A stretch of DNA of 64,000 nt from Candidatus Latescibacterota bacterium (GTDB taxonomy: Bacteria; Latescibacterota; UBA2968), in NCBI GenBank assembly GCA_965207885.1, contig OZ242311.1, positions 2,496,001-2,560,000 of the forward strand. Reading direction: 5' to 3'. Under the pieces are notes generated by a model. The model worked only from the letters and a program-made list of their open reading frames with translations. It searched no databases and had not been told where the DNA came from. This document shows positions 9,185 to 18,990 of this stretch, in pieces; positions within the stretch are counted from its first letter, which is position 1, and each line of letters starts with the position of its first letter. Position numbers and translations under genes: made by a program.

Positions 9185-10417
9185 ATGCTCACTTCCGACC
9201 TTTTACTCGTGCGCCGTCGCGGGCCTTATATCGAGCCTCGCTATGTGGATACTGCAGCGCCCAATATTATCGGGCTGGCAGAGGATATTATCGATATTTT
9301 CACGGATCATCAGGGCAAGTCGCGCGGTGAATTACACAGTGCTCTAGACATGCGTGCAGCCGAGGCAACGGATTATCGCGTTCAACGCGGTCTGACGAAA
9401 TTGCTCGAAGACGATCGCTGTGAGTTTCGCATTGACAGTATTGTTGAACCCGAAGAAATTCGCACACAGGTTTTTGGCCTCAGCCGAGAGAATCACCCCG
9501 TTGTCCGCGAACCCGATCTTCTCTATCCCGTCACACGCGAACACATTCTCGACCAAGTCGCGCTCAAATATCAGACCTCGGCGGAAAATATCGCGCATAG
9601 CCTCTACGCAGACCTTCCCGTCAATCACTATCTCGATTGCTTTGACGCGCCCGATCCCGCGTGGTTGCTCAACCGCTACAATGTCGCACTCGCGCAGGCT
9701 ATGTTCTATCGCTGCACGCGCATGCGACTCTCGGTGCATCGCAACTTGCCCGTGCGCTACAAACAGCTCTTTAAGTTTATCAAATTTTATCGCTTGATTC
9801 ACGACATCCGCGGCGACCGGGATGCGGGATACGAAATTGTCCTCGACGGTCCCGTAAGCCTGTTTCGCCTCTCGCAAAAATACGGTATTCAGATGGCTGT
9901 TTTTCTGCCTGCGTTGCTCTTGTGTACCCGCTGGAAAATGGAAGCGACGGTCAAACTCAAAGATGGCCGCGAAGGCGATTTTGTCCTGGACGATAACCAC
10001 AATTTGATTTCGCACTACAAAGATCAGACCATGTACGATTCTCTTCTCGAAGAGACCTTTGCTACGCGCTTTGAAAAAGCCAAAACCGACTGGGAGCTCG
10101 AACGCGAAACCGAAATTGTGAATCTCAAGAATACGGTTTTCATTCCCGATTTTGCATTCCGCCATCCCGACGGCCGCACGGCGCTGCTCGAGATCGTCGG
10201 TTTCTGGCATCCCGATTATCTGAGGCGTAAACTCGACAAGCTCCGCCGCGCCAATCGCAAAGACCTCGTCGTCGCCGTATCCCGCGATCTCAATGTCCAG
10301 GAAGAAGATTTCGAGGATGTGCCCGGGCATGTTTTCTTTTTTAAAACCCGAATCCAACCCCAGGATGTCGCCCGACGCCTCAATCAAATTCGCATGGAAG
10401 ACTGCGTAAATGATTGA
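9185..10417 (+). CDS. DUF790/Bax1-like PD-(D/E)xK endonuclease
   Basis: LYADL, RYNVALAQ, LDGPVSLF..KYG, YDSLLE, FIPDF, LEIVGFW. Confidence 0.85.
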   Translation: MLTSDLLLVRRRGPYIEPRYVDTAAPNIIGLAEDIIDIFTDHQGKSRGELHSALDMRAAEATDYRVQRGLTKLLEDDRCEFRIDSIVEPEEIRTQVFGLSRENHPVVREPDLLYPVTREHILDQVALKYQTSAENIAHSLYADLPVNHYLDCFDAPDPAWLLNRYNVALAQAMFYRCTRMRLSVHRNLPVRYKQLFKFIKFYRLIHDIRGDRDAGYEIVLDGPVSLFRLSQKYGIQMAVFLPALLLCTRWKMEATVKLKDGREGDFVLDDNHNLISHYKDQTMYDSLLEETFATRFEKAKTDWELERETEIVNLKNTVFIPDFAFRHPDGRTALLEIVGFWHPDYLRRKLDKLRRANRKDLVVAVSRDLNVQEEDFEDVPGHVFFFKTRIQPQDVARRLNQIRMEDCVND

Positions 10418-10442
10418 ACATTGCGCGGGGAAATGGTATATT
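10414..10442 (+). promoter_or_regulatory. sigma70-type promoter with extended -10
   Basis: TTGAAC-17 nt-TATATT with TG upstream of the -10. Confidence 0.55.
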
Positions 10443-10526
10443 TGAAACTTCTGTCCTGTTCACAGCATCCCAAAATAGACAGACCTGCAAAATTCACAAC
10501 TCGGTTCACTTTCAAAGGAGTGCATT

Positions 10527-13424
10527 ATGCATAGATTATTCGCTCTTACACTTTTCACCCTTACACTGATCGCCTCGCCTGTATTCGCCGGGTTTACGCG
10601 CGTTAATGCGCCCAATCCCGACGATCCGATGAATGTACATATTTACAAACTCGACAATGGTCTCACCGTTTATCTCACTGAAAACCACGAGGAACCGCGG
10701 TTTTATGCCGAAATCCCCGTGCGGGCGGGAAGCAAACACGATCCCGCCGAATCTACGGGTCTGGCGCATTATTTGGAACACATGCTTTTTAAGGGCACGC
10801 AAAATATCGGGACATTGGATTATAAAAAAGAAAAAATGCACATTGACCGCATTATTGCGCTCTATGAAGATCACTTCCGCGAAACCGATCCCGAAAAACG
10901 CAAGGCCATTTACGCAGAGATCAACAAAGCATCTCAACAGGCCGCACAATACGCTATACCCAATGAGCTGGACAAGCTCTACAAAGCTATGGGCGAGAGT
11001 GGCTTGAATGCGCACACCTGGCACGAAGAAACCGTGTACAAAGTGGGGTTGCCCAGCAATTATCTCAAACACTGGGCAAAAATTGAGTCTGAACGGTTTC
11101 AAAATCCCGTGTTTCGTTTGTTCCAACCCGAACTCGAAGTGGTATATGAAGAAAAGAATCGCACTTTGGACAACAAAGGCTGGCTCATCAGCGAGGCTGT
11201 GAATAAACATCTATACAAAAATCATCCCTACGGCCAGCAAACCACGATCGGCGAGGTTGAGCATCTCAAAAACCCCTCGCTCAAAAATATGTACCAGTTT
11301 TACGACACTTATTACGTACCCAACAATATGGCGATTTGTATTTCGGGCGATATTGACATCGACGCGACGATTCAACTGATTGACGAACATTTTTCAGCAT
11401 GGAAAGCCAAAGATATTCCCGCGCTCCAAACATGGGAAGAACCGGCGATTAAAGGTGCTGAGCGCGTCACGGTTAAATTTCAGGGCGAAGAATACGTACT
11501 TCTGGCCTTTCGCACAAACCACCGCAGCCACCAAGACGCCGAAGCTCTAAAGCTGATTGATATGATTCTGGACAATCGCACTGCGGGGCTTATCAATCTC
11601 AATCTCGTGCAGCAGCAGAAAGTACGACGCGCGGGAAGCTATCCCTATTTACTCAATGATTACGGCACGCAATATCTGTGGGGTATTCCAAAAAGAGATC
11701 AAACACTTGCAGATGTTGAGCAACTTCTGCTGGATCAAATTGCTATGATCAAACGCGGGGAATTTGACGAAAGCCTGCTGTCTGCGATTGTCACGGATTT
11801 CAAAAAGAACCAAAAACGGGGTTTGGAATCCAATCGCAGTCGGGTCAGACAAATGACCAGTGCGTTTCTGGGATTTGCCGAATGGGATCAAGAGGTTGCT
11901 GAAATTGCTCGTATGGAAAAAATCACCCGAGAAGATGTTATTCGCGTAGCCAATCATTATTTTGGCGAGGACTATGTTGCTGGCTATCGCATTGACGAAC
12001 AACACGAATTGCCCAAGATCGAGAAGCCCAAAATTGACAAAATTGATATTGATCCTACGCGGCAATCCGAATTTGCAAAAGATGTGCTGGCTATGTCTGC
12101 CGATAAACTTGCTCCCATTTTTGTCACCGACAAAGACTATACCATTACACAGGTGCGAGACGGTGTAAAACTCTACTATGTGAAAAATCCGGTTAATGAT
12201 CTCTTCACTTTTACACTGAGCGTGGATATGGGGACGTATCAGGATAATCGACTCAGCACAGCCAGATCGCTCCTGGACAAATCCGGTGCTGGCGATCTGG
12301 CTCCCGATGCGCTGAAGAGAGAATGGTACAAACTGGGTACGGATTTCAATATTGGCGTGTCAGATAATGAGACCAATATCAGGATTTCCGGCTTAGATGA
12401 AAATTTTGAGGCATCTCTTTCGCTGATGATGAAATATATTCAGAATCCGACTGCGGATCAGGCCACGCTCGATGAACTCGTCAAAATTACCCTCGCGCAA
12501 CGCGAAGATCAAAAAAAGGATCCCCGTTCTCTGCGCAATGCCCTGCGTTTGTACAGTCGTTATGGCGACAATTCGTCGTACAAACGCCGCATTTCTTCTG
12601 AGGCATTGCAAAATCTCACGGTTTCAGAATTACACGGTTTAATATCCAGCCTGCCGACCTATGAACATGCTTTGATTTACGGTGGTTCCAGGCCGCTGGA
12701 CGAGGTTCTTGCGACTATCAAAGAGCATTTTCCCAACAGTGGTGACTTAAGAACGCCTCCTGCTTATGAACGTCTCATAGTTCACGCGCCAGACAAAACC
12801 GAAATCCGATTCTTTCACAAAGAAACAGCGCAGTCTCAGGTCTTTGTCGAGTCTGGAGGCGTAGTGTTCGATGCTGCACTCCGTCCGGCTATTGATCTCT
12901 ACAATGATTATTTTGCCGGAGGTATGTCGGGTATTGTTTTTCAGGAATTGCGCGAAGCCCGCGCACTGGCGTATTCTACATTTGCGCGGTATGACCTCGG
13001 TGATCGCAGCAATGATCAGAATGTCATGTGGGGATATATTGGCTGCCAGGTGGACAAAACCCCGGAGGCTGTTGCTGCACTGGTCGAGCTGATTGACGAT
13101 TTGCCCGAATCTCCCGAGCGTTTTTCAGAAGCCAAAAATTCTGTGGTCAATCGCTATCGCGTTGCCAAGATCAAATACCGGGAGTTGCCCGGCGTGTTGC
13201 GTATTTGGGAACGCCGCAACCAGACGCCCGATCCGAGAAAAGAGCGGTTCGGTCACATTCTCCAGGCCGAGATGCCGAGTGTGCTCGATTTCCACAAGCA
13301 ACATATTGCCAAACGCCCCAAACTTATCTCTATTATGGGCGACACGACCAAATTTGATCTCAATAGTCTGAGCACTCTCGGCACGATTACGCCTGTGACG
13401 CTGGATGATTTGTTTGTGGATTAG
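10527..13424 (+). CDS. M16 (insulinase/PqqL-like) zinc metallopeptidase, secreted
   Basis: Signal peptide; inverted zincin HYLEH; VYEE; ELREARALAYS; four-domain length. Confidence 0.92.
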   Translation: MHRLFALTLFTLTLIASPVFAGFTRVNAPNPDDPMNVHIYKLDNGLTVYLTENHEEPRFYAEIPVRAGSKHDPAESTGLAHYLEHMLFKGTQNIGTLDYKKEKMHIDRIIALYEDHFRETDPEKRKAIYAEINKASQQAAQYAIPNELDKLYKAMGESGLNAHTWHEETVYKVGLPSNYLKHWAKIESERFQNPVFRLFQPELEVVYEEKNRTLDNKGWLISEAVNKHLYKNHPYGQQTTIGEVEHLKNPSLKNMYQFYDTYYVPNNMAICISGDIDIDATIQLIDEHFSAWKAKDIPALQTWEEPAIKGAERVTVKFQGEEYVLLAFRTNHRSHQDAEALKLIDMILDNRTAGLINLNLVQQQKVRRAGSYPYLLNDYGTQYLWGIPKRDQTLADVEQLLLDQIAMIKRGEFDESLLSAIVTDFKKNQKRGLESNRSRVRQMTSAFLGFAEWDQEVAEIARMEKITREDVIRVANHYFGEDYVAGYRIDEQHELPKIEKPKIDKIDIDPTRQSEFAKDVLAMSADKLAPIFVTDKDYTITQVRDGVKLYYVKNPVNDLFTFTLSVDMGTYQDNRLSTARSLLDKSGAGDLAPDALKREWYKLGTDFNIGVSDNETNIRISGLDENFEASLSLMMKYIQNPTADQATLDELVKITLAQREDQKKDPRSLRNALRLYSRYGDNSSYKRRISSEALQNLTVSELHGLISSLPTYEHALIYGGSRPLDEVLATIKEHFPNSGDLRTPPAYERLIVHAPDKTEIRFFHKETAQSQVFVESGGVVFDAALRPAIDLYNDYFAGGMSGIVFQELREARALAYSTFARYDLGDRSNDQNVMWGYIGCQVDKTPEAVAALVELIDDLPESPERFSEAKNSVVNRYRVAKIKYRELPGVLRIWERRNQTPDPRKERFGHILQAEMPSVLDFHKQHIAKRPKLISIMGDTTKFDLNSLSTLGTITPVTLDDLFVD

Positions 13425-13434
13425 GAGTGATCAG

Positions 13435-14526
13435 ATGAAGATTACCGAGGTAAAAACATATCATTTGCGATATCCCTTGCGAGAGAAGTTCGCGATTTCG
13501 AGGGGATGGTCCACGAGCCGACAGGCACAAGTTGTGGAGATCGCTACAGATAATGGTCTGATTGGGTGGGGTGAGGGGACAGGCGAAGTCCATCGATCTG
13601 CGATTGACGCGCATATTATGGGGCGCAATCCGTTTGATTGCGGCGCGATCTATCAGGCGTTGTCCGATGATGGGGTAAGTCCTCAGGCGATCAGTGGGAT
13701 AGATATTGCGCTGTGGGATTTGATGGGCAAGGCGCTTGAGATGCCGGTGTATCAACTATTGGGGGGAAAGGTGAGAGACAAAATTCTCGCGTATGCCACC
13801 GGGTTATTTCGCATAGACCGCCCCGATGTGACACAGGCACTCGTCGATGAGGCAAAAGGGTATGTCGATATGGGTTTTTCTGCGATGAAAATGAAGATCG
13901 GATTTGGCGAGGCTTACGATACGAAAAACGCAGGGGCAATTCGGCAGGCGATAGGTCCCGATGTGTTGTTTGCCGTGGATGCCAATTGCGGATATGATGT
14001 GGGTACTGCCATCGATGTGGGTCACAAGATCGCACACAATGATTTGTTCTGGTATGAAGAGCCGCTGCCAACGGATGATGTGCGCGGGTATTTGCAGGTG
14101 AAAGGCGCGTTGCCTATACGCATTGCAGGCGCGGAAGGGCTGGGTGGGCGTTGGGCATTCCGCGAGTTGATTCAGCAGCGGGCACTTGATATCGTGCAGC
14201 CCGATATCAGCATTGCAGGTGGGTTTAGCGAATGTCGCATTATTGCGGCGATGGCGAGTGCAAATTATGTGCGGGTTTTGCCGCATATGTGGGGCAGTCA
14301 TATTCGACTGGCGGCGACTGTCCACTGGCAGGCTACTATTCCCGATGCGCCGGATGCGTTGAACCCAATTCCATCTCTGTTTGAATACGATATGACTGAG
14401 AATGGATTGCGAACGGAGTTGGCTGTGAATCCGATCCAGGCGGTGGATGGCGAAGTGCCCGTGCCCGATGCGCCGGGATTGGGCATTGAGATTGATCGAG
14501 GTGTGTTGGAAAAATATGCTGTTTGA
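13435..14526 (+). CDS. Mandelate racemase/muconate lactonizing enzyme family (Gci-like)
   Basis: GWGE, GIDIALWDLMGK, KMKIG, VDAN, EEP, QPD, PGLG. Confidence 0.88.
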   Translation: MKITEVKTYHLRYPLREKFAISRGWSTSRQAQVVEIATDNGLIGWGEGTGEVHRSAIDAHIMGRNPFDCGAIYQALSDDGVSPQAISGIDIALWDLMGKALEMPVYQLLGGKVRDKILAYATGLFRIDRPDVTQALVDEAKGYVDMGFSAMKMKIGFGEAYDTKNAGAIRQAIGPDVLFAVDANCGYDVGTAIDVGHKIAHNDLFWYEEPLPTDDVRGYLQVKGALPIRIAGAEGLGGRWAFRELIQQRALDIVQPDISIAGGFSECRIIAAMASANYVRVLPHMWGSHIRLAATVHWQATIPDAPDALNPIPSLFEYDMTENGLRTELAVNPIQAVDGEVPVPDAPGLGIEIDRGVLEKYAV

Positions 14527-14561
14527 GTTGGCATTGGATAACACAAACACAAGGAACAGAG

Positions 14562-15728
14562 ATGAAAATTCACGAATATCAGGCTAAAGAAGTTCTCAGG
14601 GCCTTTGGTGTGCCTGTGCCAAATGGTGCCGTTGCTCGTACGCCCGAAGAGGCCGAAGCGATTGCCAAAGACCTCGGTGGGGCAGTGGTCGTCAAGGCGC
14701 AGATCCACGCAGGTGGTCGCGGGAAAGGGGGCGGTATTAAACTCGCATCCAATCCTGCCGAAGCCAGAGAAGTAGCATCCGAAATTATTGGCATGCAACT
14801 CGTTACCCCGCAGACGGGTACTGAAGGGCAAAAAGTCAAATCCGTTTGGGTGGAAAATGCGACGGATATTGACCGCGAATTATACCTGGGTATTGTGCTG
14901 GACCGCGCGCAGTCGCGTCTGGTCGTTATGGCTTCCAGTGAGGGTGGGATGGATATTGAAGAGGTGGCTGCGACGACGCCGGAAAAAATCCTCAAAGAGG
15001 TCGTTCATCCCGGTGTTGGTCTCCAGCCTTTTCAGGCACGGCATCTCGCACTCGGTCTGGGGCTTGAAGGCGATCAACTCAAGCAGGGGGTCGTTTTTAT
15101 AACTGCTCTTTACAAAGCATATATAGAGACCGATTGTTCGCTCGCAGAAATCAATCCTCTCGTTGTGTCCAAAAGTGGTGAGGTTCTGGCTCTGGATGCC
15201 AAGATGAACTTTGATGATAGTGCGATGTATCGCCATTCTGATATCTATGAATTGCGCGATGTTGACGAGGAAGATCCGCTCGAGGTCGAAGCCTCAAAAT
15301 ACGATCTCAATTATATCAAACTCGACGGGGAAGTCGGCTGTATGGTCAATGGCGCAGGTCTGGCAATGGCTACAATGGATATTGTCAAATACGCGGGGTC
15401 GTCACCGGCAAATTTTCTCGATGTTGGCGGGGGAACCAATGTCGAGCGCGTCAAGAATGCGATGCGTATTCTCACGTCCGACGAATCGGTCAAAGCTGTG
15501 CTGATCAATATTTTTGGCGGTATTGTGCGTTGTGACCGCGTGGCAGAAGGCGTTGTTGCCGCGCTTGAAGATATCGAGATCAATGTGCCGCTCGTGGTGC
15601 GGCTGCAGGGGACGAATGCTGAAGAGGGCGCGCAAATTCTCGAAAATTCGGGTCTTGAATTTACCGTTGCCCGCAAGCTTCAGGAAGCCGCCGAGGCTGT
15701 TGTTGCGGCGGTTCAAAATGCCGCATAG
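14562..15728 (+). CDS. sucC: Succinyl-CoA ligase beta subunit
   Basis: MKIHEYQAK, KAQIHAGGRGKGGG, EINPL, NGAGLAMATMD, NIFGGIVRCD. Confidence 0.97.
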   Translation: MKIHEYQAKEVLRAFGVPVPNGAVARTPEEAEAIAKDLGGAVVVKAQIHAGGRGKGGGIKLASNPAEAREVASEIIGMQLVTPQTGTEGQKVKSVWVENATDIDRELYLGIVLDRAQSRLVVMASSEGGMDIEEVAATTPEKILKEVVHPGVGLQPFQARHLALGLGLEGDQLKQGVVFITALYKAYIETDCSLAEINPLVVSKSGEVLALDAKMNFDDSAMYRHSDIYELRDVDEEDPLEVEASKYDLNYIKLDGEVGCMVNGAGLAMATMDIVKYAGSSPANFLDVGGGTNVERVKNAMRILTSDESVKAVLINIFGGIVRCDRVAEGVVAALEDIEINVPLVVRLQGTNAEEGAQILENSGLEFTVARKLQEAAEAVVAAVQNAA

Positions 15729-15753
15729 ACCCGGGTTCAGGGCGAAAAATGAA

Positions 15754-15789
15754 AAGGGGCGCAGGATGCCAGGGCGCTCCTTATTTATT
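15754..15789 (+). terminator. Possible intrinsic terminator after sucC
   Basis: AAGGGGCGC...GCGCTCCTT stem followed by ATTTATT. Confidence 0.4.
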
Positions 15790-15800
15790 GTGTCTTGTAT

Positions 15801-15834
15801 TGACAATATGGCAATAATTCAGACAATATGGCAA
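15801..15834 (+). repeat. 13-bp direct repeat GACAATATGGCAA x2 (20-bp period), candidate activator binding sites
   Basis: Exact copies at 15802-15814 and 15822-15834, about 80-110 bp upstream of a -24/-12 element. Confidence 0.7.
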
Positions 15835-15910
15835 ATTTTTCAAAATCATATAAATCTCAAGCTGAGAATAAATAGTTGTTCTATATTAAATTACAATTTT
15901 TCGGTCTTTA

Positions 15911-15926
15911 TGGTATATTTATTGCT
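15911..15926 (+). promoter_or_regulatory. sigma54 (-24/-12) promoter
   Basis: TGGTATA-TTTA-TTGCT matches TGGYAYR-N4-TTGCW with exact GG-N10-GC spacing. Confidence 0.7.
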
Positions 15927-15973
15927 TTATAAAATGAATGTTTATTCCATCAATCCAAATTAGAGGGTCTGTT

Positions 15974-16279
15974 ATGCCGACTTATGAATATGCGTGTACT
16001 GCATGCGAGCACGAATTTGAAGCTTTTCACTCCATCACCGCCGATCCCATTCGCCTGTGTCCCGAATGCGGCGAGCAAAAGGTCGAGCGTCTCATTAGTG
16101 GCGGCGCGGGGTTGATCTTTAAGGGATCGGGTTTTTACATCACCGATTATCGAAGTGAAGGATACAAGGAAGCAGCTAAAAAGGATAAAGAAGCAGCCAG
16201 CGGCAAAAAATCTGACAAAAAGAAATCAGAAACCAAAAAGACTTCTGAGTCAAAGAGTTCGGACTCTAAAGCCGCGTAA
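15974..16279 (+). CDS. FmdB-family zinc-ribbon protein
   Basis: MPTYEYACxxC...CPECG, FKGSGFYITDY, K/S-rich tail. Confidence 0.9.
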   Translation: MPTYEYACTACEHEFEAFHSITADPIRLCPECGEQKVERLISGGAGLIFKGSGFYITDYRSEGYKEAAKKDKEAASGKKSDKKKSETKKTSESKSSDSKAA

Positions 16280-16323
16280 AAGAATGGAAATTATATGCCT
16301 TTGACAGATAGGGCGCAAAATTC

Positions 16324-17391
16324 ATGAATGCAACGTACAGAGACACTATCGCCCATCTAATCGAGATGTCGCCCTTTGAGATTGAGCCTGATGTCCAAAT
16401 AACCAGTCGCCCGCCTACTATGGCGAGTTCTATGTTTCTTACGAACAAAGAGCAGGGCGACTGGGCAGAAGAGATTGTTCTCAATGCAATCAATGAAAAC
16501 TCTCAGGAATATTGTGCTATAAAGTACGGTCGTGCGGATTCTCTGTCAGCCGGTGATCCCGGGTTTGCCGACTTTTATGCTTCTTATATCAATGAGTTGA
16601 ACACAATTGGGAAGAAACCCGATCTTCTCGTCTATAAGCGGGAGGACGTTCCGGAGCATTATAACCTGGATGATGATGCGTTTATCCGGAAGGCAGTAGC
16701 GGCTATTGAGGTTCGTTCGAGTAGTTTTCTCGCGAACAGATATTCATCATTCATGGATAATAGAACGCGCGAAGCTGAGTCTGCCATTCAACAAATTCAA
16801 CAGGAAATTCTCTCAGAACCCTACGCGAGCCTGCTTGGAGAAAAAAGTCCCGCACTTCATGAAATGATACAAAACGCAACCATCGATACGTTTCGAGAAT
16901 TGAATTTCAGGCGGAGGGGCTGGTATTCGACGGAGCCTTTGCGAGAGTTGAGTGAGCTTTTGAAATCTCTCAAAGAACAGATGCAAATCCTTCAAAAACG
17001 GGACTATCTCAGCATTACACCCAAGATCGAAGATCTGGCGCTTGTCAACCGCTGGATTCAGCATTTCGGGGTGAGGCACTGCTATTTGCAGGTGTTTTTT
17101 GATAAAGCATACGTTATTCCGTTTCAGGATATTCTGGAAATAACCTCCGATCCGAAAAATGAAGGTGTGGTGTTCTCCATAGAGCGAGATGTCAAAAATC
17201 AGGGCAAGACAACTATCAAGATCAATGTTCAGGTTGGAAAAGAGATTCTGGGCAGGATTGATATGCCGCAACACCGCTCTGCTCTGAAAGAATTGGAACG
17301 CGGGCATCTTCTGTTTTATGTCACTTTCCACGGGGGGCGTGGCTACCTCGATCCGGCTGTCTTCTCTCAGGAGATATTAGATGCAGGTTAA
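16324..17391 (+). CDS. Type II restriction endonuclease, AccI family (predicted GTMKAC)
   Basis: ASSxFxTNKEQGDWAE, GKxPDLL, IEVRSS, QKRDYLSITPKxED, QVFFDK, KTTIKIN, LLFYVTF recalled from R.AccI. Confidence 0.85.
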   Translation: MNATYRDTIAHLIEMSPFEIEPDVQITSRPPTMASSMFLTNKEQGDWAEEIVLNAINENSQEYCAIKYGRADSLSAGDPGFADFYASYINELNTIGKKPDLLVYKREDVPEHYNLDDDAFIRKAVAAIEVRSSSFLANRYSSFMDNRTREAESAIQQIQQEILSEPYASLLGEKSPALHEMIQNATIDTFRELNFRRRGWYSTEPLRELSELLKSLKEQMQILQKRDYLSITPKIEDLALVNRWIQHFGVRHCYLQVFFDKAYVIPFQDILEITSDPKNEGVVFSIERDVKNQGKTTIKINVQVGKEILGRIDMPQHRSALKELERGHLLFYVTFHGGRGYLDPAVFSQEILDAG

Positions 17392-18913
17392 TCAAGCCGA
17401 ATACCTGCGGAGCGTTGGCGAGAAGCATCGCAAGAGATACGGGCAGTTCTTCACTCGTCCTGAAGTAGCCGAGTTTATGGTGCGGTGGGTCTTGAAATCC
17501 GGGCAGAGGACGCTTTTTGACCCCAGCTTTGGTCTGGGTGCTTTTTTCGATTCCGTTGCCGATGACCCGAGTATTGTGTTCGCCGGAAGTGAGAAAGATC
17601 CCAAAATTCTCGATTTCTGGACAGGCGAGGCAGGGAGGCAGAAAGTGGAGATTGAGCATGAAGACTATCTGCTCTCCTGGGGGAAATCGCACACCAATAT
17701 CGTCTGTAATCCGCCTTACATGCGCTTCCAGAAGTTTATTGGCAGAGACTCTGTGTTCAAGGCGTTTGTTGATAATCTGGGCTTGAGATTGTCGGGATAC
17801 ACGAACACGGCATCCGCATTCCTGCTGAAGTCGCTCTCCGAACTGAATGGATCGGGACGGCTTGCGTATATCCTGCCTCTTGAGTTTCTCAACACTGGAT
17901 ATGGGACTATTGTTAAGAAACGCCTTATCGAGAGTGGCCATCTTGTCTCTATCATCAATCTTAAATGTGAGAAAGATATATTCCCCGATGCAATAACCTC
18001 AGTGGGAATACTCTTGTATGATGCCTGTCGTCAATATTCCCATGTTGATTTCCATATCGCTGATTCTATTTCTTCACTGGAAAACATCCTTGAAAGCGAG
18101 CCAACCACCAGGGTCGCATTGGAGCGACTCAATCCCGAGTCGAAGTGGTTGTCATATTTCCAGAAAAATACCTTCGCTATCAATCATCAAATAGCCGTAC
18201 CGCTGAACTATTATGGTCATTTCAGCAGGGGCATTGCCACCGGAGCCAACGAGTTTTTTGTTTTGAAACCATCTCGGGTCAAAACACTGGGAATCAATGG
18301 ATCGGAGGTCGTTCCCTGCATTACAAAAAGCTCTCAAATTCAACAATCCGTATTTGGGCGTGCAGACTACGATGATTTAGTCAGAGACGACGCTCCTGTT
18401 CTGTTATTTAGCGTCAGTAAGACGCACTCGAAATACGCGGCAGATTATATTCGGAGTGGGGAGCAAAGGGGGTATAACACGCGCTTTTTAACTAAAAACC
18501 GAAATCCCTGGTACAAGACGGAAAGGAGAGAACCTGCACCGCTTCTTCTTGGCGTCTTTTCACGCGGAGGTTACAAGATTATTCGCAACAGAAGTGAGGT
18601 GTTGAATTTGACGTGTTTTCACGGTTTTCGACCAAATATTTTTGGCATGACATATCTCGATCATCTGTTTCTCTATCTGGCATCCTTGTCGGGACGAGAT
18701 ATAATTTCACTGTCTGTTCGGAGATACGGCGACGCGCTGGATAAGTTCGAGCCAAACGACTTGAACAACGCGCTTGTCCCAAGTCAGCAGGTGTTTGATG
18801 AACTTTCGGCTAAGGAGGTCGCTAAAGCTGTTCGCTATACGGAAAGGACCGGAAAGACGCCCGACTGGATAGACGCTTTCTTTGAGAGGTTGAAAATACC
18901 AGCGGGCAGTTAG
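17381..18913 (+). CDS. N6-adenine DNA methyltransferase (gamma order), cognate of AccI-like REase
   Basis: GQFFT, motif I FDPSFGLGAF, motif IV NPPY, RGIATGANEFF; overlaps REase stop. Confidence 0.9.
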   Translation: MQVNQAEYLRSVGEKHRKRYGQFFTRPEVAEFMVRWVLKSGQRTLFDPSFGLGAFFDSVADDPSIVFAGSEKDPKILDFWTGEAGRQKVEIEHEDYLLSWGKSHTNIVCNPPYMRFQKFIGRDSVFKAFVDNLGLRLSGYTNTASAFLLKSLSELNGSGRLAYILPLEFLNTGYGTIVKKRLIESGHLVSIINLKCEKDIFPDAITSVGILLYDACRQYSHVDFHIADSISSLENILESEPTTRVALERLNPESKWLSYFQKNTFAINHQIAVPLNYYGHFSRGIATGANEFFVLKPSRVKTLGINGSEVVPCITKSSQIQQSVFGRADYDDLVRDDAPVLLFSVSKTHSKYAADYIRSGEQRGYNTRFLTKNRNPWYKTERREPAPLLLGVFSRGGYKIIRNRSEVLNLTCFHGFRPNIFGMTYLDHLFLYLASLSGRDIISLSVRRYGDALDKFEPNDLNNALVPSQQVFDELSAKEVAKAVRYTERTGKTPDWIDAFFERLKIPAGS

Positions 18914-18990
18914 CGTCCTTTTACACTTCTATTTAAAAGTTTTATCACCATATAGGGAAAAAATTTATCACTACACAAAGGAGATTTAAC

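Noticed and set aside
9344-10387. 347-aa antisense ORF (and similar shadows, e.g. 13804-14550, 10536-11210)
   Set aside because: These lie opposite well-supported genes and lack recognisable motifs; they are codon-bias shadows.
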